Part shown: positions 43,030 through 55,897 of the stretch, in pieces
How positions within the stretch are numbered: position 1 is the stretch's first letter
How the letters are laid out: every line of letters starts with the position of its first letter
From: Lama glama
Lineage: Eukaryota
Reading direction: 5' to 3'
Length of the DNA stretch: 64,000 nt
Assembly: GCA_028534125.1 (NCBI GenBank)
Contig: CM052816.1
Location: 23,624,001-23,688,000 of the forward strand
Position numbers and translations under genes: made by a program
Notes under the pieces: model-generated
The model's input: only the letters and a program-made list of their open reading frames with translations
Databases searched by the model: none
What the model was told of the DNA's origin: nothing

Positions 43030-43500
43030 CCGTGGGTAGAATGTAGCCTTGACCGTGATGAGAATGACCTTCACCATCTTCCCCTCAAAATGCCACAACC
43101 CCAACCTAAGCATGAGGAAGACATCAGAAAAACCAAAACTTGAGGTCCATTCTACCAAAATATCTAATCAGTACTTCTCAAAACTGTCAAGGTCATCAAA
43201 AACAATGAGACTTTGACGAACTGTCATAGCCCGGAAGAGTCTAAGGAGACATGACAACTAAGGTAATCTGCATCCTGAATGGGACCCTGGAACAGAAAAA
43301 GGGCACTGGGGAAAAGCTAGTGAAATCTGACTGAGTGTGGAGCTCAGCTAATGGGAATGTAGTGACAAAGTGAGCCACAGTGACTTAAGACATTAGCAAG
43401 AGGGGAGCCAGGTACAGGTACAGAGGAAGTCTCTATACTGTCTGTGCAACTTTGCTGTAAATCTAACACTATTCTAAAATGAAAAGCTTATTTTAAAAAA
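43030..43500 (+). mobile_element. L1MC-like 3' end
   Basis: cagtacttctcaaaactgtcaaggtcatcaaaaacaa...ctaaggagacatgacaactaa...ctgtaaatctaa.actattctaaaat. Confidence 0.8.
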
Positions 43501-44409
43501 AATGGTCTCCCTATGCCGTGGTAGTTGAGGGAAAAGATGCTACTTCACAAATAACCTTTGTATCTTACGGGACAGAAAGGAGGATTTGAGGCTACCAAAA
43601 AACAAAAGAAAAACAAAACAAACAAACAAACAAAAAACCCACTGAAAAACTCTAATCATGTCCAACCAATCCCCCCATACACCCAAAATCCACATGAATT
43701 TCAATAGCTGTTGTTAAATTATATACCGACTCCATAATTCAGGGACTTCTTAATGTGACTCAGAAATTTCTCTTAAACCAAAGCCTTGCAGATAACTAAA
43801 AGTGCTGCTCATCCTCAGGTGTGCTGCAACTGCAAGACAGCAAATTAAAAATGGACTTGACCAAATGCCGTCACAGCAAGTGGACCAATTACAGATCAAC
43901 ACACACTCAAGAAGTACGAAGAAATCACATGTAAAAATAAATATGTATTTATGTGCACCTTCATACATGTACATATCTACCTATATACATATCCCTCCTC
44001 CACAAACATAAAAATACATATTTCAGTGTCCATATTCCAATACAAAAAGCTGATCACAGCCAACGGCTTCCTCAAGCAAGAATTTAAGAGACCAATTTCA
44101 AATACAAACGCTTGTCCACTTTCTTTAGAACTGTCATAGCTGGGATTTGACCTTAGATTTCATATTCAGAAGACTTTTCACCCCCAAGTCCCATTATTAC
44201 CATCACCAGTATTTACAGTACTTCCCGTCCTTCACCACCACACGTGCCCTGACCATTTTCTAACCACGGCTGCTCCATCTGCAGGGAACCTGCTCCTCCC
44301 CTGCTTGGTCCCCGGTTACTCAGGACAGGCGCGGACAGGGTGGCCAGCCTCGCTCAGTGAGACACGGTACGCTAGTCCTGTTCTCTGCACACCAGTAATG
44401 CATGGTGAG

Positions 44410-44832
44410 TGTTGCACGTTGAACTGTGTGCTCCAAAATTCATGTTAAATTCCTAACCACCTCGGAAAGTGGCCTTATTTGGCAGCAGTCACTGAAAACA
44501 TACTTAGTTAAGATGAGGTCATACTGGAGTAGAGTGGGTGCCTAATCCAACATGACCAGCGTCCTTGAAAAGGGGGGAAATTTGGACACAGAGAAGGCCC
44601 TGTGAACATGAAAGCAGAGAGGAGGATGGTGTGTCTACAAGCCAAGCAACACCAGAGATGGCCGGCAGACCCCAGCGGCCAGGAGAGGGCCGTGGAACGA
44701 CTCTCCCTCACAGCCCTCAGAAGGAGCCAAAGGCGATCTCCAGCCTCCAGAACTGTGAGAGGTAAGTTTCTGTTGTGTAAGCCACTCTGTCTGTGGCACT
44801 TTGCTGCAGCAGCACCCAAGCGAAGGACCACA
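44410..44832 (+). mobile_element. MLT1 (MLT1B/C-like MaLR) solo LTR
   Basis: TG...CA termini with 5-bp TSD gtgag (44405-09, 44833-37); internal taagatgaggtcatactggagtag and cagcctccagaactgtgaga. Confidence 0.9.
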
Positions 44833-47602
44833 GTGAGTACACTGTGCATCTTGAGGAACAAAGTTTGGAGTCGTAAATGCGATGTTTTCAGAAATTTGGT
44901 GGTCTGTCACAGTCACAGCAGAGGTGCGATCTGCCAATCTGCCTGGGAGAGGGTCCAGAAGGCGACACGAGGTATCATTACTTCACTGAGAAGCGGACCC
45001 AAGAAATGTGACCAGTAAGGCCTTGTTTCGATACTGACTCCCTTAAAACAGAGTTCCGTGATAGGACTCTCCCAGGTTACAAGGGAGCCTACCCAGCACA
45101 GCCCCTGGGCACGGGAATCTGAGTCCAAATCTCAGTGCCACTCACTTCAATTTCATGAGATGAAGCAAATCATTAACATCTCCAAACAGCAGTTCCTGAA
45201 TCTGTAACAAAGCAACAGAAACAGTATCTACCTCATAGGGCTGTTTCAAAGATTAAATCCGCTTCATGTAATCAATCAATAACCACTGTGCGATGCCTCC
45301 TCTAGGAAACATACAGTACGCTCTGAACTTCAGCACAGGTTTCTATAATGAGGTTACAATACCATTTAAGCTAAGATCCCTTAAGAAGCCAATATCTAAA
45401 TAGAAATACTGATATTCCCTAACCTGTTATATTAACATAGTCTATAGACTTAAGAAACGATTCATAAAGTGGATTTCCAAATATCACCAAAAGACTTACA
45501 ATTACATGATCTGTTCCTGACTAAATAGGTCTGGAGCTTCTTAATTCAGGCTGCAAGAGAATATTTATTTCACTCTTATTTTACAACATACCCACCCACT
45601 GTAAGCACTCATGTCACAGACATTAATATTACAAGCTTATCAGTTAAAGTATGAGCTGTCTAACGGGCCAAGGGAGGCCAGCTACCTCCACCCATTTTGG
45701 TGCTGAGGACTGGGGACTTCTTTAGATTGCACGGCAGGCTGAGGTGAAGGTGAAACTGGCCAGATCCCAGGAACACAGTGACATCTGAATGGACACTGAA
45801 TTTCCCTTGGCTACCTAAACGAAAGAAAAAAAAATGCCAACCACAGATCACAGCTCCCACTCTCGAACATAGCTTATTTACAGTAGCCTCTTTTGTATCC
45901 ACAAGGGGCAAAAAGTGTACCATGCTCTGGGCGGTAATTTGGAATGTTTAATTTTTAAAAAGTCAGGAGGAGACAACATGAAACCCTCAGGAACCAGCTG
46001 CTCCGACCCTGCCAGCCTGCCCCCCAAGGCAGGTCTGGCCTGCTTCTCTGAAAGCTTCCAGAGCTTCTAAGCATCAGCTCATGAACCTGCTCCCTGGGGA
46101 AAGGTCCTATAATCAAATCACCACCTTCCAACAAGCAAGCCCAAGGGGAAACCATTCCTCTCCCTCCTCTTTCCAAACCCTGCCTTGTCTCCCTTCCCAC
46201 CACGAACTCCGGTGTCTCTTCTAGCTGTAAAATGTCCATGCCTCTGTTTAAAATAATAGTGGTAGTAATAAACCTCCAAGAAAGTGAAAGCTGGGACAGA
46301 ACCCCTTCCCAATTAACCATCTCAGGAAAAGGCCAAAGTAACCTTCCCAGGGAAGCCCTTACCTTCTGCCCACACAAAGCTGCCAGAGCACCCCCCCACT
46401 CCACACCCAAGAAAAATCCTCTCCGGAGTGTCATTCTTACCACATCCACTTCCTTCTCCTCTACTTGGGCTCTGTCTTCCCTGGTGACGAGCTGGAAAAA
46501 TACCTGGTGGTGTGACACCAAATTTACATGAGATTCCAGGGTTGAATTTTCCAGTAGTTACAACTTGGGAAATACCTTTTGAGAAAGTCACACTTGTAAG
46601 TCATCAAAACGATCTAAATTCCCACTGTATAATCCTCTCATTTACATTTCTTCCCCTGTGTCTCAAAACTCCTCAGACCTCAAGCACTGTGACAAAGCAG
46701 AAGACACATAAGCCGTGCCTGAAACGTGAACTGTCCTCAGCTACCTGAGCCGTCAGCAGACACGCAGCCACTGGCAGAATATTGCAGAAGAGGAGACACT
46801 ACAACGTTACCACAGCCTAACACTGGCAGTGGGGTCTTAAAGATCAGACCCCACAGGGCTGCTAACCAATCACCGGCACAGACAGTGTTTTACAAGGTGA
46901 CTAGCAACAGCGGTCAGAACGAGCATGGCAGCAAACTCAAGTCCCGATGTAAATTAAGAACATTCTAGAATATAGGTATGTGAGCAGGGCCACCAACGCT
47001 CTAAGGCCTACTTTTGGAGAAGTAACAAGTAACATAATTTAAGCCATGGACGGCATGTGACCAAACTTATGGTCTTTATCCCTGCCTCTGGGAGAAGGGG
47101 CCTGTCGTCCCCAGAGCATGGCCTCACTGACGGCCACTGTGAGTCTTCCTAAGTGACAGGCATCTGTTCCAAAGAAACAATGAACAGCGTCAGAACAAAC
47201 GATGTTACAAGCCCAAGTCTGTGGTTTGTTCTGCATTCTGCTTGGTATTTTCATTGAGCATGGAATGAGAACATGAATTCTACATGGTCAGCGCAGGAGA
47301 GAACCTTCGCGTGCCCCGCTAGCTCTACCATTATCACCACAGCGCCTCAGACAACTTCCTCCATGCTCTGCTCTTCTGCAGAATAAAAAGTTAGATTATT
47401 AGGTAATGAACAAGACTTGGGTCTTACCCATGTTTACATCCTCTGTGCCAGGTACTTACAGCTGCCACTCAAATGTTTGTGGAACTAACTCTATGTTCTG
47501 GTCTAGTCATAAAACGTCCATGTCTCTAGCATTATGCAGCTGTGTTCCAAAAATATAGTAAAATGGTCATGAAAAGAAATCTCTTCCTTTCTCTTCTGAG
47601 AG

Positions 47603-47694
47603 CATACATACACATATATACACATACATATGTGCACACACACACACACACACATATCTTCTTATATAAATAAGACATCAGAATAGGTATGGGG

Positions 47695-47726
<32 letters not shown>
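47603..47726. repeat. (CA)n and (GT)n microsatellites in inverted arrangement
   Basis: (CA)10 at 47635-47654 and (GT)13 at 47695-47720. Confidence 0.9.
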
Positions 47727-47727
<1 letters not shown>

Positions 47728-49379
47728 CCTTTCCACATTATCTATTTTTAAGCTGGGGGAGGCATCTCACTGAAAAACTCAAACTATTGTGATACTAAAA
47801 TAATATAAAAGAAAAATATTTTTAAATACTTTAAAATATATAAAGTATCATATAACAGTTACTTAAGGATTCATGGACTATTTAGTGAAAGAAAAGAAGA
47901 TTTTTTTAAAGGATGGCTCAGAGGAGTGCTCTTATTATAATTATTACTTCAAATATCATCACAAGAAATTAACTACATTTTATCTTCTATGCCAAGCAAA
48001 ATATTTCAAAAGTTACGTTACTTGAGTTATGTAATGTCTTCTGAGAACGTACAAGACATTTCAGGTATATACATATACATTATTTATTTCTAAAATGCCT
48101 GATTAAAAAGAATTGTTACATAGACCTTTAATTTTTCCAAACAAAAAATTCTATCTTGGGGGGAAAAAAGGCCTTAAAGACTTGGCCTTGAAGGGGTGAT
48201 AGTTTGGCATAACATCTTACTAGGTAACAGCCCACCCACCCTCCCAACCACTACAGGAAATGCATCACAAAGAAGCCTGCATCCTCAGTAAAGCTCCAGA
48301 CCTCTTCAGTTAGTATTTGGATTCTAGCCTTTATTAATGGATTTGTAAAATGTGCATCCAACTTCTTCCATATTTTGGCAGCAATAATCTAAACAGACTG
48401 ACAGGGAAGGCTGCAGAGAGGTGTCAGCCATGAAAGCTCCGAAAGACATAAAAATGGGGAGTAGTAAACACCTATAAACCACGACTCTCCCGACAGCAGG
48501 GCAACTTCTACGGTATCAGACACCATCTGACTCCAAGGGTTGACCATGGAATATCCTAGCCTTCGTCCTCCGAACAAAAGAACTTTATCCAGGTTAAAGT
48601 ACCTACTTTGGAAGCTTCTGGCCTGGGTGCTGGGGTGATAAACAAAACCAATTCCGTGGCCAACTACGACTGAAAAAAAAAACAAGCAAACTAGAGAATA
48701 ATCCTCAGAAGATGACACTAAAATATTAAAATGTTTTCTAAGCCCGAGACCCACATTTCAGTTTGGTCTTCCAAAGAAACGGCTTATCGGTTTCTCTAAA
48801 AAAAAAAGAAAAAGAAAAAAAATGTTACGGTGTAGTACCTAAAATATATCTTTTGTTCTTGCTTTTCAAATACATAAAATTCTCCAGGGAATCCTCTGAG
48901 CGTAGAAAGAACACGGGAGGCAGATCTGCGTAGTGTAAGAGAATGGCTTTTTAAAAAAATTTTTTCAAGGTATAAAATTTTTTAAGGTATAAAAAGGTAT
49001 AACAACTTGTTCAGCCTGCACGACCAGGAAACAATGGTCGGGCTAAAGTTGGGTATTTAAGAAGGTACTGCAGTCCCGAGTCAAATGACTTTTGCAACGT
49101 AAGCGATGTATATGTAATCAACAGATTCAGCAGCTACTAGCAAAAGGCTAAACAAATTGTTACTTCACTCACGGTTAGGAAAGGCTTAAGATCAAAGCGC
49201 CGAAAGCTGGGGAGGAGAAGGGAGGATGGATCTGACTCCTAAAGTTTGCGCTTCCGCAAGTGGTAAACACAAATCGGGGGGCAAACCCTAAGGCCAACGC
49301 TCCCCACACAATCTCTTTTCCCCAGTTCTGCATCACCCCGAATTAAAAACACAGCTACACCGCACAGCCCTTCGGTTAC

Positions 49380-50450
49380 GCAGGCGGCTGGGACTCGCTC
49401 CTGGCACACAAAGCGGATGCGGGCGGCTGAGGACCACACACGTGGGGGCGTTCGCGCGCGCCGCCACGAGCAGGGAGGCCCACGCCCCGTTCTCGGCCGA
49501 GGACAGCCGGTGACCGTCACCTTCGGACAGGCACCTTCGCTCGGCCGTCCGCGAGGCTGGCGACAGCGACGCGGCCCTTCCGAGCCGGCGGGGCGCGCAG
49601 GGCCCGCCGCCGCGGGGCACCTGAGGAGCGCGGCGGGGACGGGGACGCACCGGGACCGGGAGCAGCGGTGGGGCGCACGGCCCCTCCCGCGGGACCCACC
49701 TGGATCTGCAGCGGCACGAGGCGCACCTTGCAGCGCTCGCTCACCGCGAAGCCCTTGGGCAGGTCCACGTACTGGCCCCACTCCTCCGCGAAGAGCTGCA
49801 CCACGAATTTGCGGTGCATGTCGATCTGGTCGCCGTACAGGCTGAGGAACTTCTGGATGAGCAGCTCGTAGCCCGCGCCATGCGGCACAGCCGAGGGCCG
49901 CGCGAAGACCGAGAAGCAGAAGAGCACCGGGACGGTGCCCGACGGCGCCCCCGCGCCGCCGCCGGGGAGCGCCGGCACCGCCGGCTCCGCCGCCGCCATG
50001 TTCCCGGAGCGTCTGCGAGCTCCGAGGCCGCGAGGCGCAGACACGGCCGGCCGCCGCGGCCCCGCCTCCCCGCGCCGCCCGCCGCCCGCCGCCCGCTCGG
50101 GGAGGCGAGGGGGCGGGTCCTGGCGGCCGCGGCCGGCGCGCCCTCCCCCAGCCCCGGCGGAGGGCGGACCGCCGGGGAGGGCCGGGTGCTGCGGCCCCGG
50201 CGCGCGGGCGAGCGCCTGCGCCCGCCGCCCGGACCGCCCCTTCCAGCCCTCCGGTGGCGCGCGGCCCCTCCCGCCGCGACTCGGCGGGGTCGCGGGGAGC
50301 CTGGTCTCCTTGCATGCCCTCTACCTGCCTGAGGTGCTCGGGTCCTCAGAGGTGGACTGCGGCCCGCCTTCCAGCCCGATCCGCCCACCGTCGAGCGCTG
50401 TTCTCCGGGACTGTGGGGCTGTGCTTGGGGAAAGGGGGCTGCCCGGCTGA
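49380..50450. promoter_or_regulatory. CpG island / GC-box promoter of ISOC1
   Basis: Abruptly very GC- and CpG-rich block spanning exon 1. Several GGGCGG/CCGCCC Sp/KLF-type boxes at about 50060-50240; no obvious TATA box. Confidence 0.92.
49700..49999 (-). CDS. ISOC1: ISOC1 coding exon 1 (aa 1-100)
   Basis: ATG at 49999 in strong Kozak context (gggaacATGG). Encodes [35 protein letters not shown]...[12 protein letters not shown], matching the recalled mammalian ISOC1 N-terminus. Donor CAG|GTGGGT. Lies in a CpG island. Confidence 0.97.
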
Positions 50451-50978
50451 ATCTGCTGGGACGCGTTACCTGTTGGCCTCGTCCAGGGGCATGCAGTCCT
50501 TGAGGATGGCAGCATTAATCTCAAAACCAATAGGACAGGCTGAGAGACACCGTGAGAGCGACGGGAGTCAATGCTTCCTTAGGAGGGCCATCCAGGACGC
50601 GGTATTTCCGTTTTTTCCCAATCCGATGGAACATAGTCGTGGAGTTGAGATCTTAGTCTCTCTTTATCTCAACCCAGTTTCCGGGAGAACTTGGAGTGGG
50701 AATTGCAAAATATAAAGGGGCTTAAGACTAAAAGGCAGGACTTTATATTCAAACCGAGGTTACTGTGTTTAAGCGAGTAAAAGCAATCACCTTCAAATAA
50801 AATAATTTTCTGAGTTATTAGCACTGTAAGGTACTATAATTAGCTTGAATTAGAAAAGTATCCATTTTGAACAAAGTTTCTTTAAATGTCAGGTCCTGGG
50901 AAGGTAGGCTGATGAATCTAAACAGAATTAGATTTTAGATATTAGGGGTTTTCTCTTTTTAGGAAAAAAAAAAAGGAA

Positions 50979-51200
50979 GGGTTTCTCATTTGGCGTTGCT
51001 GACATTTGGAATGGATACTACTTTTTCAAGGGGGGTCTGTCTTGCTTATTTGTAGGCTGTTTAACAGCATCCATAGCCTCTACTTAACTAGATGCCAGTA
51101 TCACCCAGTACTCCCCTAATCTTGGCAATAACAAAAACGTGTCCAGCCATTACCAAATATCCCTCAGGGAGCAAATCTGCCCCCAGATGAGAATCACTGC
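50979..51200. mobile_element. MER20 DNA transposon
   Basis: tttctca...tgacatttgg...tttaacagcatcc...ctagatgccagta...caaaaacgtgtccag.catt.ccaaat.tccc...tgagaatcactgc. Confidence 0.85.
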
Positions 51201-52289
51201 TTTAAAGTAATGCTAAGACCATCCTTTGCCCTTTATTGCTCACTTGAACCCAAGCTACTGAAAATAGTCTGTTTTCTGGCTTCGCATCATACTTTGTGAT
51301 CCCACTTAAAACTAAATCCACTATACGTCACTTTAAAAAATTGAAATTGAAAAAAATTTTTTCAAAAACATTTTAAAGAGCTGAAGGTGGCAGTGGGTGG
51401 GGGAGGACTGTAGTCTGAACCCATGAGACCCAGTGTTATTTTTGCAGATATCACTCCATTGCGAAGTCTTCTTTATGATGTTCAAATCTGTGCTGATGAG
51501 AAAAAGGTACTTCCTCTGGGCTGATTACAAAAATTACCTATTCTAAGTGGACTAATTACAAAAGTGTGCCTTCTCCCCTCTCTCCCTTCTGGGACAGAGC
51601 AGGTTGGAGATAGGAAACTGGTCTGGACGTCAGGCCCCCTCAACAGACACCTCTGCCATTGGCAGTCTTTCCTGGTGGCCTTGAGTCAACACGCTTATTC
51701 CACTCTCAGATTTTTCAAGTAGGTTTCCGACTTTCAGTAAAGAAATCAATTTCCGTATCCATTGTGCTACCTGAGATTGGCCTTTGGCCATTTAATAGTG
51801 CTGTCTCTGTGGTAATAGCACATCATATAGCAATAATAAAATAGGTATTTGATGGGCACATTCACCTTTATTGAGTACCAAGTGTGTCAAGCAGTGCATT
51901 AGTATGCTAGAAAAGGGCCATGAGTGCACATTTTCTCTAATGAATTAATCTTCTTTTTAGACTGTTATTAATCTAATTATTAGAGTATTAAGTTTTACAC
52001 ATGTTGTTAGAAAGAGTCAGTGAATAAGAATTCATAAGCAGGTATTCTAACAAGTAGAACATATCCTGACAAAATCACTACAAATAAAATGCCCAAAGTG
52101 ATCTCATATAGGACTCTCAGGAGATTTACTAGTCAGAGTTAAGCACTTACTTTCAGACTTTAAATTCCAAGCAATTCAAGAAGTTAGTTTATACAGTATT
52201 GATGAATATGTTAATGCACTGCAGAAACAAACTTCAAAATCTCAGTGGATTAATACAACAAAGGCTTATTTCTTACTCCCCTAATTAGC

Positions 52290-53680
52290 AGCAACATTTG
52301 ACAAGCTCATCACTTCTTTCATGTTGAATCATATTCTTAACTTTATCTCTTGAAAACCATTCTCTTTTATTTCTTTTTCTCCTTCATTTTCAGGTTCTTT
52401 TCTGACTTCTCATTTCCCGGGCTTCTAAACATTTGAGTACACCAGGGTTTAGCTCTCACCTCTTTTTCAAGATCCATGGCTTTAAATACCACCCTTAGAC
52501 CTTTGACTTCCAAACTTAGGTCATGCGAGACCTCACTCCTGAATGCCAGACTCATACATAAGTGCCTATTCGGTATCTCCACTTGGATATCTAACAGATT
52601 TCCAAGTGGAAATTTAATTTGGTTTTGCACCCTCCCCACACGTTCTCCGTCTGTGTTAACATGTAAGCAAGTGGCAACTCCATTTTAGTTTCTAACTACA
52701 ATAACCATGAGCTTATCCTTTTTTCCTCTTTGTCTCCCCCTCCAATCTATCAATAAGACCTGATGGTCAGAATCCAAACCATCTCATCCATACCAGTGCC
52801 ACCACGGAAGACCAAACTGCCATGGTTCCTCGTAGGAGCCCATGATTGGATTAATAAATTGTAATAGACCCCAGCCACTTGTGACCTTTAAGAAAAACAA
52901 ATGTGCTTTGCTAGCAAGCGCCTGTGCATCTGCACACTTGTCTCCTTGCCGTAAAAAGCAGAGACAATGCTTTGCTTGCATAGTTGAGGTTCTAGCTTAC
53001 GGCTGCTTCCTCAATGTCAAAGCCATTGTGTGTCCCTTGCTATAAACGCAGGACACGGCTTGTTTTAAGCATAGGTCCATAGTTCAGGGTTTACTCCGCT
53101 CATTGCCAAGCAACGACCCATGCCCTCAGCTATAAACGCTGTGCATGCTTTCTGCTATTTAGATAGTCTATAACCCCCAAGACAAGGAACTGGCTGGTCT
53201 GGTGGTCTGTTTTGTAATCAGCTTCTTACATCTGAAGAGTGTACCTTGTTCCCCTCCCTCCATGACTGCCTTGAAGATAAATTAAGTCTTTGTACTCATT
53301 GTGGATTTTATGATCTCTACCCGATCCTGGATCCTGTTTTTCCTTAAGCTCCTGCATTCCATGACACAATTGTTTGTGATCCTTTCTTTGATTGTACACA
53401 ATAAATATTAGAGTGTTTGAGAGGTTCGAGGAGTTGGTCTCCGACTCCCTCTTGCTCTCTTGACTTTTAACAGAGTCTCGAGTAATTCATCTCGTCTTGG
53501 TGGGACTTCTGCTGGACAGAACCCACAGTTCCTCATCTGACCATAGCACTGTCCTCATAAACTGTGTCTATTCACTGATTTCTGTACCCCTTGGGTCCAT
53601 TTACCACATGGCAATCAGGATAGCACTTTAAAAACATTATTTCAGAGTATATCACTCCTCTGTTCAAAATTCTCCAGTAT
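52290..53680 (+). mobile_element. L2 fragment (split by the solo LTR at 52831-53527)
   Basis: ccatggctttaaatacca...atctccacttggatatctaacag...; resumes after the LTR to atcactcctctgttcaaaattctccagt. Confidence 0.75.
52831..53527 (+). mobile_element. Solo LTR, probably class II (ERVK-like)
   Basis: 6-bp TSD gttcct (52825-30, 53528-33); termini (C)GTAGG...ACCCACA; TATAAA at 53041 and 53131, AATAAA at 53400. Confidence 0.75.
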
Positions 53681-55897
53681 ATAGAAACAGACCTCAAGAA
53701 AATGCAGACAGAGGGATGGTTCTCCAAGATATTAGTCTGCCATCCTCTCGGTCTGCCGGCTCTCCAAATAAAGTGGCTATTCCTTGCCCCAACACCTCGT
53801 CTCCGATTTACTGGCCTGTCGTGTGGTGAGCAGAACGAGTCTGGATTTGGCAACAATTTTGCCAAGGCAGCCAGGAGCCTTGCTGCTCGTGGCCAGCCGG
53901 CTCCGTTTGGGGAATTTTCAGGTGAGGCCCTAGCAGCTGCCCGGACCACTGAGGATCTTCCCTTCTAAATGCCCTGAACCGGCACCCGCTGCCCCAGCGC
54001 TTGGCAGTTGGAGGAAGGAATCGACAACTGGGGGCTGATGGGCTCCATACAGTAGGGTAAGTCTCTCTGGTGTGTACAGCCAGGAACTTTACTCCTCTCC
54101 ATTTGGGCTTTTTCTCTGGAATAATCCAATTTGTTTTAGTGGGGTACCCTGTTGGTGAGAGGAAATAGTTGCTGGACTTTAACCCGATTTGGAACTGGTT
54201 CATTTGTTTCTTTGGATGCTTGCATTTGTATGTGTTGTTTGTGTTTTGTTTGTCTTGTATTCTTTTTTTTTTTAATATTTTTTACTGATTTATAATCATT
54301 TTACAATGTTGTGTCAAATTCCAGTGTAGAGCACAATTTTTCAGTCATTCATGGACATATACACACTCATTGTCACATTATTTTCTCTGCGAGCTACCAT
54401 AAGATCTTGTGTATATTTCCCTGTGCTCTACAGTGTAATCTTGTTTATCTGTTCTACAATTTTGAAATCCCGTCTATCCCTTCCCACCCTCCGCCCCCTT
54501 GGCAACCACAAGTGTGTATTCTATGTCTATGAGTCTGTTTCTGTTTTGTATTTATGCTTTGTTTGTTTGTTTTTGTTTTTGTTTTTGTTATTTTTTAGAT
54601 TCCACATATGAGCGATCTCATATGGTATTTTTCTTTCTCTTTCTGGCTTATTTCACTTAGAATGACATTCTCCAGGAACATCCATGTTGCTGCAAATGGC
54701 GTTATGTTGTCGTGTCTTGTATTCTTGTCTTAAAAAAAAAAAGATAGGGAACATTTCAACTATCTCTAAAGAAGGTTCTTTGAGGCACATTTTGAATTAG
54801 TGGTCTGATTACGTACAGCTATGAACCCATGCCTAAGGGAAAGATGGCTTCAGTTTGTGTTTAGTCATGTTACACTTTGTGTTTTTGGTATCGGGGTTTG
54901 TTTGCGCCTTTTGTGTCTTATTGTTCTTAAACTTATAGATGTGGGAAATACTCCACCTGACCCTAAGGAAAGCCCTTTGGGGCGTGTCTTAAATAAATAG
55001 GAAAATACAGCTGTGAGCCTATGACTAAGAAAAAGATGGTATTTTACTGTAATACTGCTTGAGTAATGTACACTTTAGGCTCTGAGAAACATTGGCCTGA
55101 AAATGACTAAACCATTCTCCAGTTAGAACTGTTTTGCCAGAGAAAAGATAAACAGGAAGAAATACCACATATACAAGCCTATACGAAGTCCCATAATGAG
55201 GAAAGTAATAACTGACAGGGCCCAGGGCTCTAGCCGTTTTAAAGACCCCCCTATAACAATTGCCACCCAAGAGCCTTAGGAACAACGGACAGTGGGGCCT
55301 CAACTAGTGGACTTTGTAACTTCTAAACTTCTATCCCAACGCCAATGACTCAACAGCTGTTATGACCTTTGGAATGCAAATCTTGAAAAAGGGAGTAATT
55401 TGGAAACAAATAGAAATACTAACTGTCTTCCATAGAAGTTAGTAAAAATGTTTAGCTAGCTACACAGGCAACTTTGATTTGTTCTGTTCATCTGCCAAAA
55501 ACCCAATTTGAATCCAACCTCTTGTAACTGATGAGTCTTACATTGTTGTATCTGATTCATAGCTAAAAGTTTAAAATGGGAACTATGAGGTCTCTGTGTT
55601 TGTGTGTTTGTACATACCTATACGTGTGTTGTAGATATGTGGCATTGCCAAAATTATTTTGTAAAAGAGCCCTATTTAACTGGCTTAAAGAAAATTAAAT
55701 GCTTATATAAATACTCAGAAATATAAAAGAAACTGGCCAGAATGAAAATCGGGTTCCTGTGATCTAAAAAAATACTCAGTACTGAGTCGATACCTGGTAT
55801 TTGAAGCTAGCTTAAGCCTATTGGTTCAATTAATATAGACATGTCTCAAGATTCATTAACGTTAAGCATAGAATTTCTATTGTACTTAGGTTTAATA
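53680..55897 (+). mobile_element. ERV1-like provirus 5' part (short LTR, PBS, leader, degenerate gag start) running into the gap
   Basis: LTR R/U5 aataaagt.gctattccttgccccaacacctcgtctc...tggcaaca ends at 53855. It is followed by a degenerate tRNA-Arg-type PBS (..gcagccaggag) and gag MA-like 'PLG.VL...EPMTKKKMVFYCNTA' at ~54940-55060. Confidence 0.8.
54265..54712 (-). mobile_element. Young 5'-truncated L1 inserted in the ERV1 leader
   Basis: Reverse complement of the same subfamily as 4411-4930; polyT; exact 14-bp TSD tgtcttgtattctt (54251-64, 54713-26). Confidence 0.95.

Noticed and set aside
50000..50044. In-frame GTG N-terminal extension of ISOC1
   Set aside because: The ATG at 49999 has strong Kozak context and matches the known N-terminus; there is no evidence for near-cognate initiation.
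49239..50715. Several long overlapping ORFs (up to 358 aa) around exon 1
   Set aside because: Expected stop-codon depletion in a GC-rich CpG island; the products are Arg/Gly/Pro/Ala low-complexity. Only the ISOC1 frame is recognisable.
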